From NCBI GenBank assembly GCA_964640385.1, contig CAZXFL010000001.1, forward strand, positions 15,179-79,178: a stretch of 64,000 bases of DNA, in the 5' to 3' direction. Below the pieces are notes generated by a model. That model was not told where the DNA came from. It worked only from the letters and a program-made list of their open reading frames with translations, and made no database searches. The DNA comes from an uncultured Actinomycetes bacterium (lineage in GTDB: Bacteria > Actinomycetota > UBA4738 > JBBDHU01). Shown here one piece after another: positions 25,653 to 35,303 of the stretch. Position 1 is the first letter of the stretch. Each line of letters begins with the position of its first letter. The translations under genes were made by a program, and so were the position numbers.

Positions 25653-28301
25653 CTATACCCCCGTGTAGGAAACGACGCCGCGGTTGACGGCGTTCCTGGC
25701 GGCCCCCGCATCCGTCGCCTCTGGCGCGACCTCATGGATCTGGCGGAGGAGGTCCAGCAGCTGCTTGCAGTTCCGGACGAAATCTCCCGGGGTCATGCCG
25801 GCCTCCTCGAGCACGTCCGGCAGACCCTCGCCGTCGGCCCATCGATGGATCGGGTCCGCGAACCCGAGGTCGAGTTCGCGGCACAGCTCCACCTGATGCG
25901 CTTCCTCGATCCTCCGGATGCGCTTCCAGATCCCGGCGAGTCCCCGCGCCGCCTCAGCCGACGCCTCCGAGGGCATCCGGCCTTCCCGCGGAAACCGTTC
26001 GCGCGACTCGTACACCATGGTGGAGACCGCCGCCGCCGTCTCCGGCGGGGTCAGTCCGAGCAGGATCCCCTCCTCGATCGCCTCCCCCACCAGGATGTCG
26101 CCCTCCCCGTAGATGCGGGCCAGTACCTCTCCCTTCGGGAGGATCGCGAAGTCCTTCACGTATCCGAGCTCCTCGAGGACCGCGAGCACCCGATCGAAGC
26201 GCCGGCCCAGCGTCTCGGTCTTCGTCCGTATCCGGCGTTCCGCGCGTTCGATCGTGGACGCGATCTTCGAGGCCTGGACGCCGTAGCGTTCATGGGCCTT
26301 GCGATCGGGACAGGCGTTGCACGGATGACGATCGGCCCGGCGATCGATGTCCCGCCCCTCCTGCGCGGCCGCGGGGTCGGATCGCTGCCGGGACGGCCTG
26401 GGCGGGCGGACGTCGAGCGCCAGGAGGGCCGATGCGACGTCGCGCCGGTACTTCGGACTGTGGGCCCTTCCGGACCGTGGGAGCGCGATCTTGGTCACCG
26501 GCTCGGGCGGTTCGGGGAAATCGTTCGCGAGGAGCCGGAAGGGGCGCTCGCGGCGATCCTGCGTCACGGCCGTCGGCTTGCCGTCGCGTGAGGAGACGAC
26601 CGCGGCCAGACCACGCCGGCGGGAGCCGGGGAGGAAGATCACATCTCCGGGTCGCAGGGTGGCGAGCCGTTGCTTGATCGTATCGGTCCGAACGCGCTCG
26701 CCGTCCGTGCGGACCGCCCGGCGAACCTGGCGAGCCCGTTCGCGGAGCCTCCAGTACTCCAGGAAGTCACCGCGATCGCACGCCATACGTTCCTGGAGCG
26801 CGGAGATCCGCTCTCGGTCTCGTTGGATCCCGCGTTCGACCGAGACCATGCTGCGGTCGGCGAGGAACTGGCCGAAGGACGAGTCCAGCAGGTGATGCGC
26901 CTGCTCCCTCGTGTAGTTGCGGACGAGGTTGACCGCCATGTTGTACGAGGGACGGAAAGAGGAACGCAGTTCGTAGGTACACGTGCTGGCCAGCGCCGCT
27001 ACGCGCTCGAACTCCACGTCGCGTTGGTAGACGACCACCGCATGGCCGACCTCGTCGATGGATCGGCGTCCCGCCCGCCCTGTGAGCTGCGTGTACTCGC
27101 CCGGCGTGAGCATCTCGTGCCGCTCTCCCTGGAACTTCCAGAGGTCCTCGAGGACGACGGTCTTCGCCGGCATGTTGATCCCGAGTGAGAGCGTCTCGGT
27201 TGCGAAGACCACCTTGACGAGCCCTTGCTCGAACAGCTCCTCGACCGTCTCCTTGAACAGCGGCAGCATGCCGGCGTGATGCGACGAGACGCCGGCTGCG
27301 AGAGCGTCGACGAAGTCCGCGAACCCAAGCGTCCAGAGATCGTCCTCGTCCATCCAGGCCGCTCGAAGTTCGGCGAACTCGCGGATGCGCCGCGCTTCCT
27401 CCGCGGTCGTGAGGCGCACCCCTGCGTCCATGATCATCCGAACGCTGCGATCGCAACCGGCCCTGCTGAAGATGAAGTAGATCGCCGGCAGCATCCCGGC
27501 GTCGTCGAGGACTTCGACGACTTCTTCCCGCCGGGGGATGTACACGCGCCGGTCGTCCTCGCGTGGCCGTCCGCGCTGGCTCTGGGTCCGCCGGCCGCCC
27601 GACCGTCGTCGTTGCGTGCGGACCTGCAACTCGCGTTGGTCCAGGGATACCAGGTAGGGGTTCGGCGCGGGGCGGCTGTCCTGGTCGACGTGCATCGGGT
27701 GCAGCTGGTGTCCCACTAGATAGTGGTGCTCCAGAGGCACCGGCCGGCGTTCCTCGATCACGACCTCGGTGGGTCCGCGCAAGGTCCCGATCCACTCGCC
27801 GAACTCCTCGGCGTTGGAGATCGTCGCCGACAGGCACACGACACCGACCGAGGGCGGAAGGTGGATCAGGACCTCCTCCCACACGGCTCCGCGGTAAGGA
27901 TCCTGGAGGTAGTGCACCTCGTCCATCACGACGCAGGCGAGACCACCGAGCGTCGAGCTCCGCTCGTAGAGCATGTTCCGGAGCACCTCGGTAGTCATGA
28001 CGACGACGGGCGCCTCACCGTTGATCGTGTTGTCTCCCGTCAGCAGCCCCACCTGCTCGGCTCCGTAGCGAGCGACGAAATCTCCGAACTTCTGGTTGGA
28101 GAGAGCCTTCAGGGGCGTCGTGTAGAAGACCTTCCGGCCGGCTTCGAGAGCGAGGTGGATCGCGTATTCGGCGACCACGGTCTTGCCGCTCCCGGTCGGG
28201 GCGGCGAGCAGCACCGACCGGCCCTCGTCCAGGGCGGCGATCGCGTCCAGCTGGAATCCGTCGAGCGGGAACGGATATCTGGCGGAGAACTCCTCAAGCA
28301 T
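25653..28301 (-). CDS. helY: Ski2-like ATP-dependent RNA helicase HelY
   Basis: 882 aa. Walker A (AAPTGSGKT), DEVH box (VMDEVHYLQD), helicase C, and arch/DSHCT-like C-terminal region. Adjacent to tatC/tatA, as helY (Rv2092c) is in Mycobacterium. Confidence 0.85.
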   Translation of the reverse strand: MLEEFSARYPFPLDGFQLDAIAALDEGRSVLLAAPTGSGKTVVAEYAIHLALEAGRKVFYTTPLKALSNQKFGDFVARYGAEQVGLLTGDNTINGEAPVVVMTTEVLRNMLYERSSTLGGLACVVMDEVHYLQDPYRGAVWEEVLIHLPPSVGVVCLSATISNAEEFGEWIGTLRGPTEVVIEERRPVPLEHHYLVGHQLHPMHVDQDSRPAPNPYLVSLDQRELQVRTQRRRSGGRRTQSQRGRPREDDRRVYIPRREEVVEVLDDAGMLPAIYFIFSRAGCDRSVRMIMDAGVRLTTAEEARRIREFAELRAAWMDEDDLWTLGFADFVDALAAGVSSHHAGMLPLFKETVEELFEQGLVKVVFATETLSLGINMPAKTVVLEDLWKFQGERHEMLTPGEYTQLTGRAGRRSIDEVGHAVVVYQRDVEFERVAALASTCTYELRSSFRPSYNMAVNLVRNYTREQAHHLLDSSFGQFLADRSMVSVERGIQRDRERISALQERMACDRGDFLEYWRLRERARQVRRAVRTDGERVRTDTIKQRLATLRPGDVIFLPGSRRRGLAAVVSSRDGKPTAVTQDRRERPFRLLANDFPEPPEPVTKIALPRSGRAHSPKYRRDVASALLALDVRPPRPSRQRSDPAAAQEGRDIDRRADRHPCNACPDRKAHERYGVQASKIASTIERAERRIRTKTETLGRRFDRVLAVLEELGYVKDFAILPKGEVLARIYGEGDILVGEAIEEGILLGLTPPETAAAVSTMVYESRERFPREGRMPSEASAEAARGLAGIWKRIRRIEEAHQVELCRELDLGFADPIHRWADGEGLPDVLEEAGMTPGDFVRNCKQLLDLLRQIHEVAPEATDAGAARNAVNRGVVSYTGV

Positions 28302-28335
28302 GGCGTCAGTCTACGGGCGTCCGGCGACGAAGTCC

Positions 28336-29223
28336 TCAGCGCGACAGGACGCGGAGCGCGTCGGGAACGACTTCGAACGTCGCCGGGAGCCCCCCGACCG
28401 ACTCCCCATCGGCGAACACCCGGGTGGGCCGATCCGCGGAGACCTCGAACCGCTGCCCGTGCAGCATCGCGACCTTCGGATGGCGGACGTGGTTGCCCCG
28501 GTAGACCCTCGGGAACGTCGCGAGGAACCGCCCGCGTCCCAGCGCCCGGACGACGCAGGCCTCGAGTTCGCCATCGTCGATGCGGGCGCCCGGTGTTACC
28601 TGCATGCCGCCACCGTAGGTGGGCCCGTTCCCGATGGCGATGAGCATCGCCGGCACGGAGGATCGCGCGCCGTCGACCACGACCTCGAGATCGAGAGGCT
28701 CGAACCGTCGGAGGGTCTTGAACAGCGCCAGCACGTACTTCATCCGCCCACCGTGCCGGATGCCGTTCGCGACCTGGGCGACCTCCGCATCGAAGCCGGC
28801 ACTGGCGACGGCGACGAAATACCGGCGGAACTCACCGATCGTGACGAGACCGAGGTCCACGATACGCGGGTGCGGATCGGCGAGCAGATCCAGGGCCTCG
28901 AGGGGCCGGCGTCTCGAGAGTCCGAGGGTCCGGGCGAAATCGTCGCCGGTCCCGCCGGGGATGAGCGCGAGCGCTGTCGAGGACCCGGTGAGCCCGTTGG
29001 CGACCATCCCGGCGAGCCCGTCCCCCCCGATGGCGACCAGGGCCGGCGCTCCCCCTTCGGCCGCCTCACGCGCGATCTCCTCTGGTTCGTGCGGTCCTCT
29101 GGACACATGCACGATGTGCGGGATGTGCCGGCGCTTGAGTCCGGCGCGTACCTCGGGCACGAGCCTGAGCGCTCGACCTCGGCCGGCGGCCGGATTGACG
29201 ACCACGACGGTCGGTTCGGACAC
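28336..29223 (-). CDS. diacylglycerol kinase family lipid kinase (YegS/DgkA-like)
   Basis: DAGK_cat motif (LVAIGGDGLAGMVANGL) and a C-terminal accessory domain. Confidence 0.75.
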   Translation of the reverse strand: MSEPTVVVVNPAAGRGRALRLVPEVRAGLKRRHIPHIVHVSRGPHEPEEIAREAAEGGAPALVAIGGDGLAGMVANGLTGSSTALALIPGGTGDDFARTLGLSRRRPLEALDLLADPHPRIVDLGLVTIGEFRRYFVAVASAGFDAEVAQVANGIRHGGRMKYVLALFKTLRRFEPLDLEVVVDGARSSVPAMLIAIGNGPTYGGGMQVTPGARIDDGELEACVVRALGRGRFLATFPRVYRGNHVRHPKVAMLHGQRFEVSADRPTRVFADGESVGGLPATFEVVPDALRVLSR

Positions 29224-30017
29224 TACGGCACGACAGGAGCGGGCGCCCCCGGGATGGGCTGGGTCCCCCCAGCAGGGATCCCGCCTGGCAGCGGGCCCGG
29301 CATCCCGGGGGGAACCCCTGGGGGACCCGAAGAGGCCGAGCTAGAGAGGGAATACTCGGACAAGGTGAGGATGTATCGCTGGTAGCCGCTGGCGAATACC
29401 TTCTTGGCGCCGGCAAGCGCTTGGTCGGCTGCGTCCAGCAGGTACGCCTGTTCTACTCCCTCCGACTCCGCGGCTCGCTGTAGCAGGAGAGCGGAACGTT
29501 GCATCGCCTCGATCCCTTCCCGCATGACGTCACGGGAACCGACGATCGCATCGGTGACCAATAGCGGAAGTCCGGGCTTCAGACGGTCGACGTCGATCGC
29601 CTGAAGCGCTGCGCTCGCCGCCTTCGTCGACTTGACTGCGTCTCGTGCGGCCTGCGCCGCCTGACGATCGCTCTGCTCCCCGCTCCGCACGGAGTCGGCG
29701 GTCGGAAGATCGGGCAGCATCTGAAAGCCGTCGGGCGCCGGCGGCCCGACATCCTCCAATGCGGCATCAACCTCGCCCCGATACGAGGTCAGTGCTTTCA
29801 TGGCCGCTGCCCGTTGCCTCCCGGATGCGTCGATAGAGGACTGATTCCCGAACCCGTACCCGATGCCCAACGCGAGGCCGGAGGTGAGGATCGCGACCAC
29901 GGTGATCTGGAACCACCGGCGCGCGACCAGCGGCTGCTTCGGGGTGACGACGACGGGCTTGGGCGCCGCCGCCTTGGGTCGCCGTCCCTTGGTCTTCCTC
30001 TTTCCCTTGATGGCCAC
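29223..30017 (-). CDS. hypothetical membrane-anchored protein with Pro/Gly-rich C-terminus
   Basis: Basic N-terminus and one TM helix (WFQITVVAILTSGLALGIGY). C-terminal PGxPG low-complexity tail. Confidence 0.5.
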   Translation of the reverse strand: MAIKGKRKTKGRRPKAAAPKPVVVTPKQPLVARRWFQITVVAILTSGLALGIGYGFGNQSSIDASGRQRAAAMKALTSYRGEVDAALEDVGPPAPDGFQMLPDLPTADSVRSGEQSDRQAAQAARDAVKSTKAASAALQAIDVDRLKPGLPLLVTDAIVGSRDVMREGIEAMQRSALLLQRAAESEGVEQAYLLDAADQALAGAKKVFASGYQRYILTLSEYSLSSSASSGPPGVPPGMPGPLPGGIPAGGTQPIPGAPAPVVP

Positions 30018-30032
30018 AGGCCCTCCTCCGAA

Positions 30033-30797
30033 CTACTTCTTGAGCAGGCGAGCCACCAGGATAGCGCCCTCGTAGAACAGGTACATCGGCACCGCCATGG
30101 CCAGCAGCGTGTAGGGATCCTGGCTCGGCGTGATGATCGCCGCGAGCAGGCAGACGCCGACGACGGCGTAGCGCCGCCAGGCGCGGAGCTGGTTGCTCGA
30201 GATGATGCCGACCACACACAGGAAGATGAGGACGATCGGCAACTCGAAGGAGATGCCGAACGCCAGGGTCATCAGGATGAAGAAACCGATGTACCGGCTG
30301 GCCGTCAGCAACGGGACGAACCCTTCGCCCGCGAAGCCGAGGAGGAACTGGAGGCCCTTCGGCAGCGTCCAGAACGCGAACCAAGCCCCCAGGCTGAAGA
30401 GCAGGACCGAGCACAGGATGAACGGCACCGCGTAGCGCTTCTCCTTCTTCGTCATCCCCGGCGTGACGAAGAGCCAGAACTGCCACAGCAAGATGGGGAG
30501 CGCGATGAGAAGGCCGAGGAAGACGACGACCTTCAGCTTGATCATGAACGGCTCGACGGGGCCGTTGAAGACCAGGTCACACCCGGTTGGCGGCTTTGAC
30601 CTCTCCGGCAACGCGGACACCGCATCGCAGAAGGGGTCCCGGAGCAGGTCAAGGAACGGCTCGAACAGGAACCAGCCGACGACGGACGCCACGGCGATTG
30701 CCGCCGCGGAGATGACCAGGCGCGTCCGCAGCTCCACGAGATGCTCCACGATCGTCATCTCGCGCGGTCGTTCGCGGCGCCTCGGGATGAATTTCAT
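30033..30797 (-). CDS. tatC: twin-arginine translocase subunit TatC
   Basis: 6-TM TatC signature (VEHLVELRTRLV...). Adjacent to tatA. Confidence 0.85.
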   Translation of the reverse strand: MKFIPRRRERPREMTIVEHLVELRTRLVISAAAIAVASVVGWFLFEPFLDLLRDPFCDAVSALPERSKPPTGCDLVFNGPVEPFMIKLKVVVFLGLLIALPILLWQFWLFVTPGMTKKEKRYAVPFILCSVLLFSLGAWFAFWTLPKGLQFLLGFAGEGFVPLLTASRYIGFFILMTLAFGISFELPIVLIFLCVVGIISSNQLRAWRRYAVVGVCLLAAIITPSQDPYTLLAMAVPMYLFYEGAILVARLLKK

Positions 30798-30812
30798 CGT
30801 CGGTGTCGGTGG

Positions 30813-31172
30813 CTAGTCCGTGTCCGCCGATGTAGACGAACGCGCATCCGGCTCGTCCGGACTCGGCGCTCCGACGTCCGCGGCCGGGTCCGGGTCGGCA
30901 GCCGACCCGTCCGGTGCGGAGCTCGGTTCCTCGTCGTCGGGATCCTGGCCCCGCGACCCCCGGGTCATCGGGCCGACGGACCTGCGGGACGGCTGCGCCG
31001 GCTCATCGTCCATATCGAACTCGATGGTTCGCCGGAGGTCGTCCTGGGCTTTTCGGAACTCGCGCAGCGACTTGCCGATCGTTTTCCCGAGCTCCGGCAA
31101 CCGCTTCGGGCCCACCACGACGAGTGCCACCGCCAAGACGAGCAGGATCTCCATGGGACCGATGTTGAACAT
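30813..31172 (-). CDS. tatA: twin-arginine translocase subunit TatA/E
   Basis: N-terminal TM helix and hinge (MFNIGPMEILLVLAVALVVVGPKRLPELGKTIGKSLREFRK), acidic tail. Start set at the internal Met of ORF 30813..31205. Confidence 0.8.
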   Translation of the reverse strand: MFNIGPMEILLVLAVALVVVGPKRLPELGKTIGKSLREFRKAQDDLRRTIEFDMDDEPAQPSRRSVGPMTRGSRGQDPDDEEPSSAPDGSAADPDPAADVGAPSPDEPDARSSTSADTD

Positions 31173-31207
31173 GGCACGGACGTGGGCCGACGGCCCTCGG
31201 GGCAATC

Positions 31208-31474
31208 CTATCGCCCGATGCGCCGAAGCGTGTTGCGGACCTTTGTGAAGCGTTCGCCGACCTCGGCGCTGCGCTCCTGGAGCTCCGTCGCGCGTGCCTG
31301 GGCCCGGAAGGCCTCCGAGCTGATGCGCGCGACCTCCGGGGAGATCTCCTGGACGAAGTGCATCGCGGAGCGCATCAAGCGGGCCCCATTGATGCCGATC
31401 CCGATGGCGAGGACCACGAAGAGCCCGAAGGCCAGGAGGGCGAGGACGAGGATAACGAGGGCGGGGGCTGACAT
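31208..31474 (-). CDS. hypothetical small membrane protein
   Basis: 88 aa with an N-terminal TM helix (LVILVLALLAFGLFVVLAIGIGI). Lies between pafC and tatA, a position not occupied in Mycobacterium. Confidence 0.45.
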   Translation of the reverse strand: MSAPALVILVLALLAFGLFVVLAIGIGINGARLMRSAMHFVQEISPEVARISSEAFRAQARATELQERSAEVGERFTKVRNTLRRIGR

Positions 31475-31492
31475 CGCACCTATCCTACGCCG

Positions 31493-31831
31493 TCAGCCGT
31501 CCTCCAGGAACCGCTGCAGCGCGTCGTCGTCCTGGAGCTTGTAGTGGAACTCGATCACATCGTCCAGGCTGATCGGCGGAGCTTCCGGGAGGCCCGGCGC
31601 AGCGGGAGGGGAGCCGCCGTTCCCGGCCGCAACCGACACGCCCGCGGAAACCAGCAGGGCGACGATCTTGCGATCCGCCTGCTTCTCGACGTCCTCGTTG
31701 CAGCCCGGACAGACGAAGCTGTAGATGCCTTCCCCGCCCTCCCCGGACACCGAGAGGCGGATGGAGGTCGGCCCCATGTCCACTTCTCCGCAGCGAGGGC
31801 AGGTAGTCCGGATGGTAGTCACGCCCCTCAT
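31493..31831 (-). CDS. hypothetical zinc-ribbon protein
   Basis: 112 aa with CPRCG...CPGC pairs. Lies between pafC and tatA. Confidence 0.5.
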   Translation of the reverse strand: MRGVTTIRTTCPRCGEVDMGPTSIRLSVSGEGGEGIYSFVCPGCNEDVEKQADRKIVALLVSAGVSVAAGNGGSPPAAPGLPEAPPISLDDVIEFHYKLQDDDALQRFLEDG

Positions 31832-31866
31832 ATCGGTCCGGGCCGTCCCCGCCTTGAGCGCGTCCG

Positions 31867-32811
31867 TCAGCGGTAATTCGCCAAGGCCGCCGCGGCCTCG
31901 TCGCGCACCCGTTGCCGCAGCTCATCGGGCTCGATGACCTCCGCGAGTCCTCGGAGGCGGAGCAGCAGTTTCACCACCCACGCCAGTTGCATCACGGGCA
32001 GATCGATCTCGACCGAACCGTCCTCCGAGCGGTCCACGATCTCCGCCTCGTAGTACTCAGCGACCCAGCCCGCCCCGGGACCGAGGCGGAGGCGCACGTG
32101 ATGGTCCTGCGGACCGGGTTCGTACAGACGCATGCGCGCATCGGCCAGTCCCCTCGGGACGAACGACCCCTCGACCACGCGGGCGTCGCGGATGCGGTCG
32201 AGGCGGAACGTCCGTGTGTCCTCGACGTCCTCGTCCCACGCGACGACGTACCAGAAACCGGATGCGGTGAAGATCTGCTCGGGATCCACCGTCCGGATCG
32301 ACACGTCGTCCCGTGAGGCGGAGTAGTACTCGATCTGCACCCGCTGCCGTTCGCGGGCCGCCATGCGCAGGAGCTCGAGGGACTCCGGAGCTGTCGGGGT
32401 TCCGGCGGTCTCGACGCGTGAGGCGACGTCGCCGAGCTCTTCGCCCAGCGCCGTTGCGATCTTGTCAAGAGCCGAGGCCAGCGCCGGAGCCTCCTGCAGG
32501 CCGGGCGTTCCCAGGACGGCCTTGCCGCGCAGGTAGAGCGCGATCGCCTCGTTCCTCGTCAGTCGGAGCGGACGGGAGAAGTAGTCGGCCATCGAGATCC
32601 AGACCCGGTCCTCCTCGATCTCCACCTCGATCAGCTCCCCCGGGCCGTAGGGGGGGATGCCGGTGAGGAACAGGAGGTTCAGGTCCGAGGCGATCTCGTC
32701 CGCGGTTCCCCCGAAGAGGGCGGCCAGCTCCCCCACCGGAACGCCCGGATGCTGGATCACATACGGAACCATGATGAGCAGCCGACGGACACGCTCGACC
32801 GCTCTAGACAT
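31867..32811 (-). CDS. pafC: proteasome accessory factor C (HTH + WYL domain regulator)
   Basis: Winged HTH N-terminus and WYL domain (FTASGFWYVVAWDEDVEDTRTFRLDRI). Immediately downstream of pafB. Confidence 0.75.
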   Translation of the reverse strand: MSRAVERVRRLLIMVPYVIQHPGVPVGELAALFGGTADEIASDLNLLFLTGIPPYGPGELIEVEIEEDRVWISMADYFSRPLRLTRNEAIALYLRGKAVLGTPGLQEAPALASALDKIATALGEELGDVASRVETAGTPTAPESLELLRMAARERQRVQIEYYSASRDDVSIRTVDPEQIFTASGFWYVVAWDEDVEDTRTFRLDRIRDARVVEGSFVPRGLADARMRLYEPGPQDHHVRLRLGPGAGWVAEYYEAEIVDRSEDGSVEIDLPVMQLAWVVKLLLRLRGLAEVIEPDELRQRVRDEAAAALANYR

Positions 32812-33745
32812 CAGCCATCGTCTCCAGGGCTTGGATGGCATCTGCCCGGAGCGTGTCGGGTTCCAGCGCTTCAGCCTCCGAGCCGAGCGACAGGACCCAC
32901 TCCACCACGCCTGGCTGCATGGGGGCCGTGATCAGGACCCGTCCGACGTCATGCGCGCCGGCGATCGTCGCGTCGCGGAGAGTCCTCGCTGCCCACCACG
33001 CGACGCGCTCGGCCACCGCGACCCGCGCCGGCGGGCCGTCGTCTTCTGACCGCTCCCACGGTCCGGCCACGTGATCTGCCGCGTGGAACCCCTCGGGTCT
33101 CGGGCCGGCAGGCGGTCCCTCCCCCACCGGAGAGGTGACCCGCGATACACGGAACGCCCGGATCTGGTCTTGCCCCCGGTCGCGACCGACGACGTACCAG
33201 CGCAGCGAGCGGGTCACCAGTCCGAACGGGTCGACGGACCTTCGGGAAGCCTTCCCGGACGAGGTCCGATACTCGAAGTCGACCGAGCGTCCGCGGCGCA
33301 TCGCCGCCCAGACGGCCGCGAGCGCACCTCCTGCCGTGTCGGGGCCGGCAGCGACCAGCGACCCACCGAGCCCGAGCGGCCCGTCCTTGGCCCCGTAGAT
33401 CAGCTTCCGGAGTCCCTGGACGGCCGCGTCGTCCTCGTCGGGTGTGGCGGCCAGCACCATCAGCGCCGACGCCTCTTCCGGCGTGAGCTCGACGTCCGGG
33501 AGGTAGTACCGGTCGGCGGGGATCGCATAGGCCTCGCCGGTCTCCCAGGCGTCGACCGGGACCAGCTCGATCGGCACCCCCATAGCCCGGAGGTCGTCCT
33601 TGTCCCGTTCGAACATGCGCTTGGCGGACTCTTCGTCGTCCTGCTCGTAGGCAGGGAACCGCTCGCGGATCTGCTCGAAGGTCAGAGGCCCCGATGCATC
33701 CAGCAGGAGGGCCACCAACTGGAGCTGCCGTTCAACCTTGTGCAT
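32804..33745 (-). CDS. pafB: proteasome accessory factor B (HTH + WYL domain regulator)
   Basis: N-terminus MHKVERQLQLVALLL matches the PafB N-terminus. WYL domain (WYVVGRDRGQDQIRAFRVSRV). Start chosen at Met85 of ORF 32804..33997. Confidence 0.75.
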   Translation of the reverse strand: MHKVERQLQLVALLLDASGPLTFEQIRERFPAYEQDDEESAKRMFERDKDDLRAMGVPIELVPVDAWETGEAYAIPADRYYLPDVELTPEEASALMVLAATPDEDDAAVQGLRKLIYGAKDGPLGLGGSLVAAGPDTAGGALAAVWAAMRRGRSVDFEYRTSSGKASRRSVDPFGLVTRSLRWYVVGRDRGQDQIRAFRVSRVTSPVGEGPPAGPRPEGFHAADHVAGPWERSEDDGPPARVAVAERVAWWAARTLRDATIAGAHDVGRVLITAPMQPGVVEWVLSLGSEAEALEPDTLRADAIQALETMADV

Positions 33746-33767
33746 CGCGGCGCATAATACCCCCCTC

Positions 33768-34862
33768 ATGGTTGAACTCAGGAACGGCCGGGTGACCGAG
33801 GTCGGCGCGACGCGCCCCGGAGCCGTCGAATTGACCGTCGAGGTCGACGGTGCGGAGGCCCCGGCGCTGGCATACCCGGACCTGGTCGGCGCGGTAGCGG
33901 TCGGGGACGAGGTGCTGCTCAACACCGGCGCGATGACGCTCGGGCTCGGAACCGGCGGCTTCCATCTGGTCGTCGCCGTGGACGGGGCCGCCCCCACCGA
34001 GATCGGTCATCCGGGACGGGTGATGAAGGCCCGGTACACCCCGCTCCAGGTGCCCGTGCCGTCGGTCGAGGAGACCGATCGCGACGCGCTGGAGGGATCC
34101 GTCGGACTCATGGGGACCCCCGTCGTTGCGGCCCCGCTGCACTCGATGATCGCCCACATCGCGGCGGGCGCGAAGGTATCCGGCGCGCAGCGGGTCGTGT
34201 ACGTGATGACGGACGGCGCGTGCTTGCCGGGAAGCGTCTCGCGCTTGGTTCCCAGGCTGCGGGACGCGGGCATGCTCGACGGCTTCGTGACGTGTGGCCA
34301 GGCGTTCGGCGGCGAGCTCGAAGCGGTCACGATCTGGACCGGGATGCTCGCCGCGAAGGAACTCCTCCATGCCGACGTCATCGTCGTCGCCGACGGGCCG
34401 GGGAACCTGGGGACCGACACCCGGTGGGGTGCCAGCGCCTTGACGAGTGGCAACGCCCTGAACGCGACCGAGGCGCTCGGTGGACGTCCGGTCGCGGCGC
34501 TCCGGGTGAGCTTCGCCGACGAGCGGTCGCGTCACCACGGCGTCTCGCACCACTCGATCACGATCCTGTCCGACATCTGTGGCTCGCAGGTGAACGTCGC
34601 CGTCCCGACGCTCGAGGCACCGGAGCGCCATGAGGTATGGGCCACGCTCCGCGACGCCCAGCTCGAGCGGAAGCACCGGCTGATCGAGGTCCTCGGGTGG
34701 CCGGCGGTGCACCGGCTGGAGGAAGCGGAGATCCAGGTCACCTCGATGGGACGGGGGCTCGAGGACGATCCGATCTTCTTCCTGGCCGCGGGAGGAGCGG
34801 GGATCCTCGCGGGCCGGATGGCCGCTGGATCCGAGGCCTGGCAGCGCGCCGTTGAAGACTGA
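33768..34862 (+). CDS. conserved hypothetical protein (about 365 aa, possibly DUF3866-like), inserted on the opposite strand between pafB and pafA
   Basis: Coherent, non-repetitive composition with a Gly-rich putative nucleotide- or phosphate-binding segment (VIVVADGPGNLGTDTRWGASALTSGNALNA). No domain confidently recognised. Confidence 0.55.
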   Translation: MVELRNGRVTEVGATRPGAVELTVEVDGAEAPALAYPDLVGAVAVGDEVLLNTGAMTLGLGTGGFHLVVAVDGAAPTEIGHPGRVMKARYTPLQVPVPSVEETDRDALEGSVGLMGTPVVAAPLHSMIAHIAAGAKVSGAQRVVYVMTDGACLPGSVSRLVPRLRDAGMLDGFVTCGQAFGGELEAVTIWTGMLAAKELLHADVIVVADGPGNLGTDTRWGASALTSGNALNATEALGGRPVAALRVSFADERSRHHGVSHHSITILSDICGSQVNVAVPTLEAPERHEVWATLRDAQLERKHRLIEVLGWPAVHRLEEAEIQVTSMGRGLEDDPIFFLAAGGAGILAGRMAAGSEAWQRAVED

Positions 34863-34877
34863 ACGGGGCGGCCGCCT

Positions 34878-35255
34878 CTACTCCAAGCAGTCCGCGACGC
34901 CTCCGACGAAGGTCACGACGAGCAGCATCGTGCTTCCCAACGCGACGAAGATCCCGGCGACCGAACCGGCGACGCCGAGCCACTTGACCGACATCTGCCG
35001 ACGGACGCCCATCTCACAGAGGACGACGGCCGCCACACCGGCGAGGATGCCGACCACGGCTCCGAGCCGGAGTTGGACGGACGCGAGGCCGGTGTCGGCG
35101 CAGTCGACGAAGGCCGGGGTCAACGTGATCATCCGGTAGGCACCGATGGTCGCCGCGACGAGTCCCCCGACGCCAAGCAGGAGCCCACCGCCGGCCCGTT
35201 TCATGGTCATGCGGCCGGTGCTCCCGCCCTGGAGCCGGTCACCGCTTCCGTTCAT
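34878..35255 (-). CDS. hypothetical integral membrane protein
   Basis: 125 aa with 3-4 predicted TM helices. Lies between pafA and the opposite-strand hypothetical gene. Confidence 0.45.
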   Translation of the reverse strand: MNGSGDRLQGGSTGRMTMKRAGGGLLLGVGGLVAATIGAYRMITLTPAFVDCADTGLASVQLRLGAVVGILAGVAAVVLCEMGVRRQMSVKWLGVAGSVAGIFVALGSTMLLVVTFVGGVADCLE

Positions 35256-35303
35256 CCCTTCCCCCCTTCAGATGGATCCGGCGTCCGGCGTCGCCCGATC
35301 GAG

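Noticed and set aside
33768-34862. Considered calling the opposite-strand gene in the paf locus a mobile element or transposase
   Set aside because: No DDE, HTH or integrase motifs and no terminal inverted repeats. Composition matches the host genome. Left as a conserved hypothetical.
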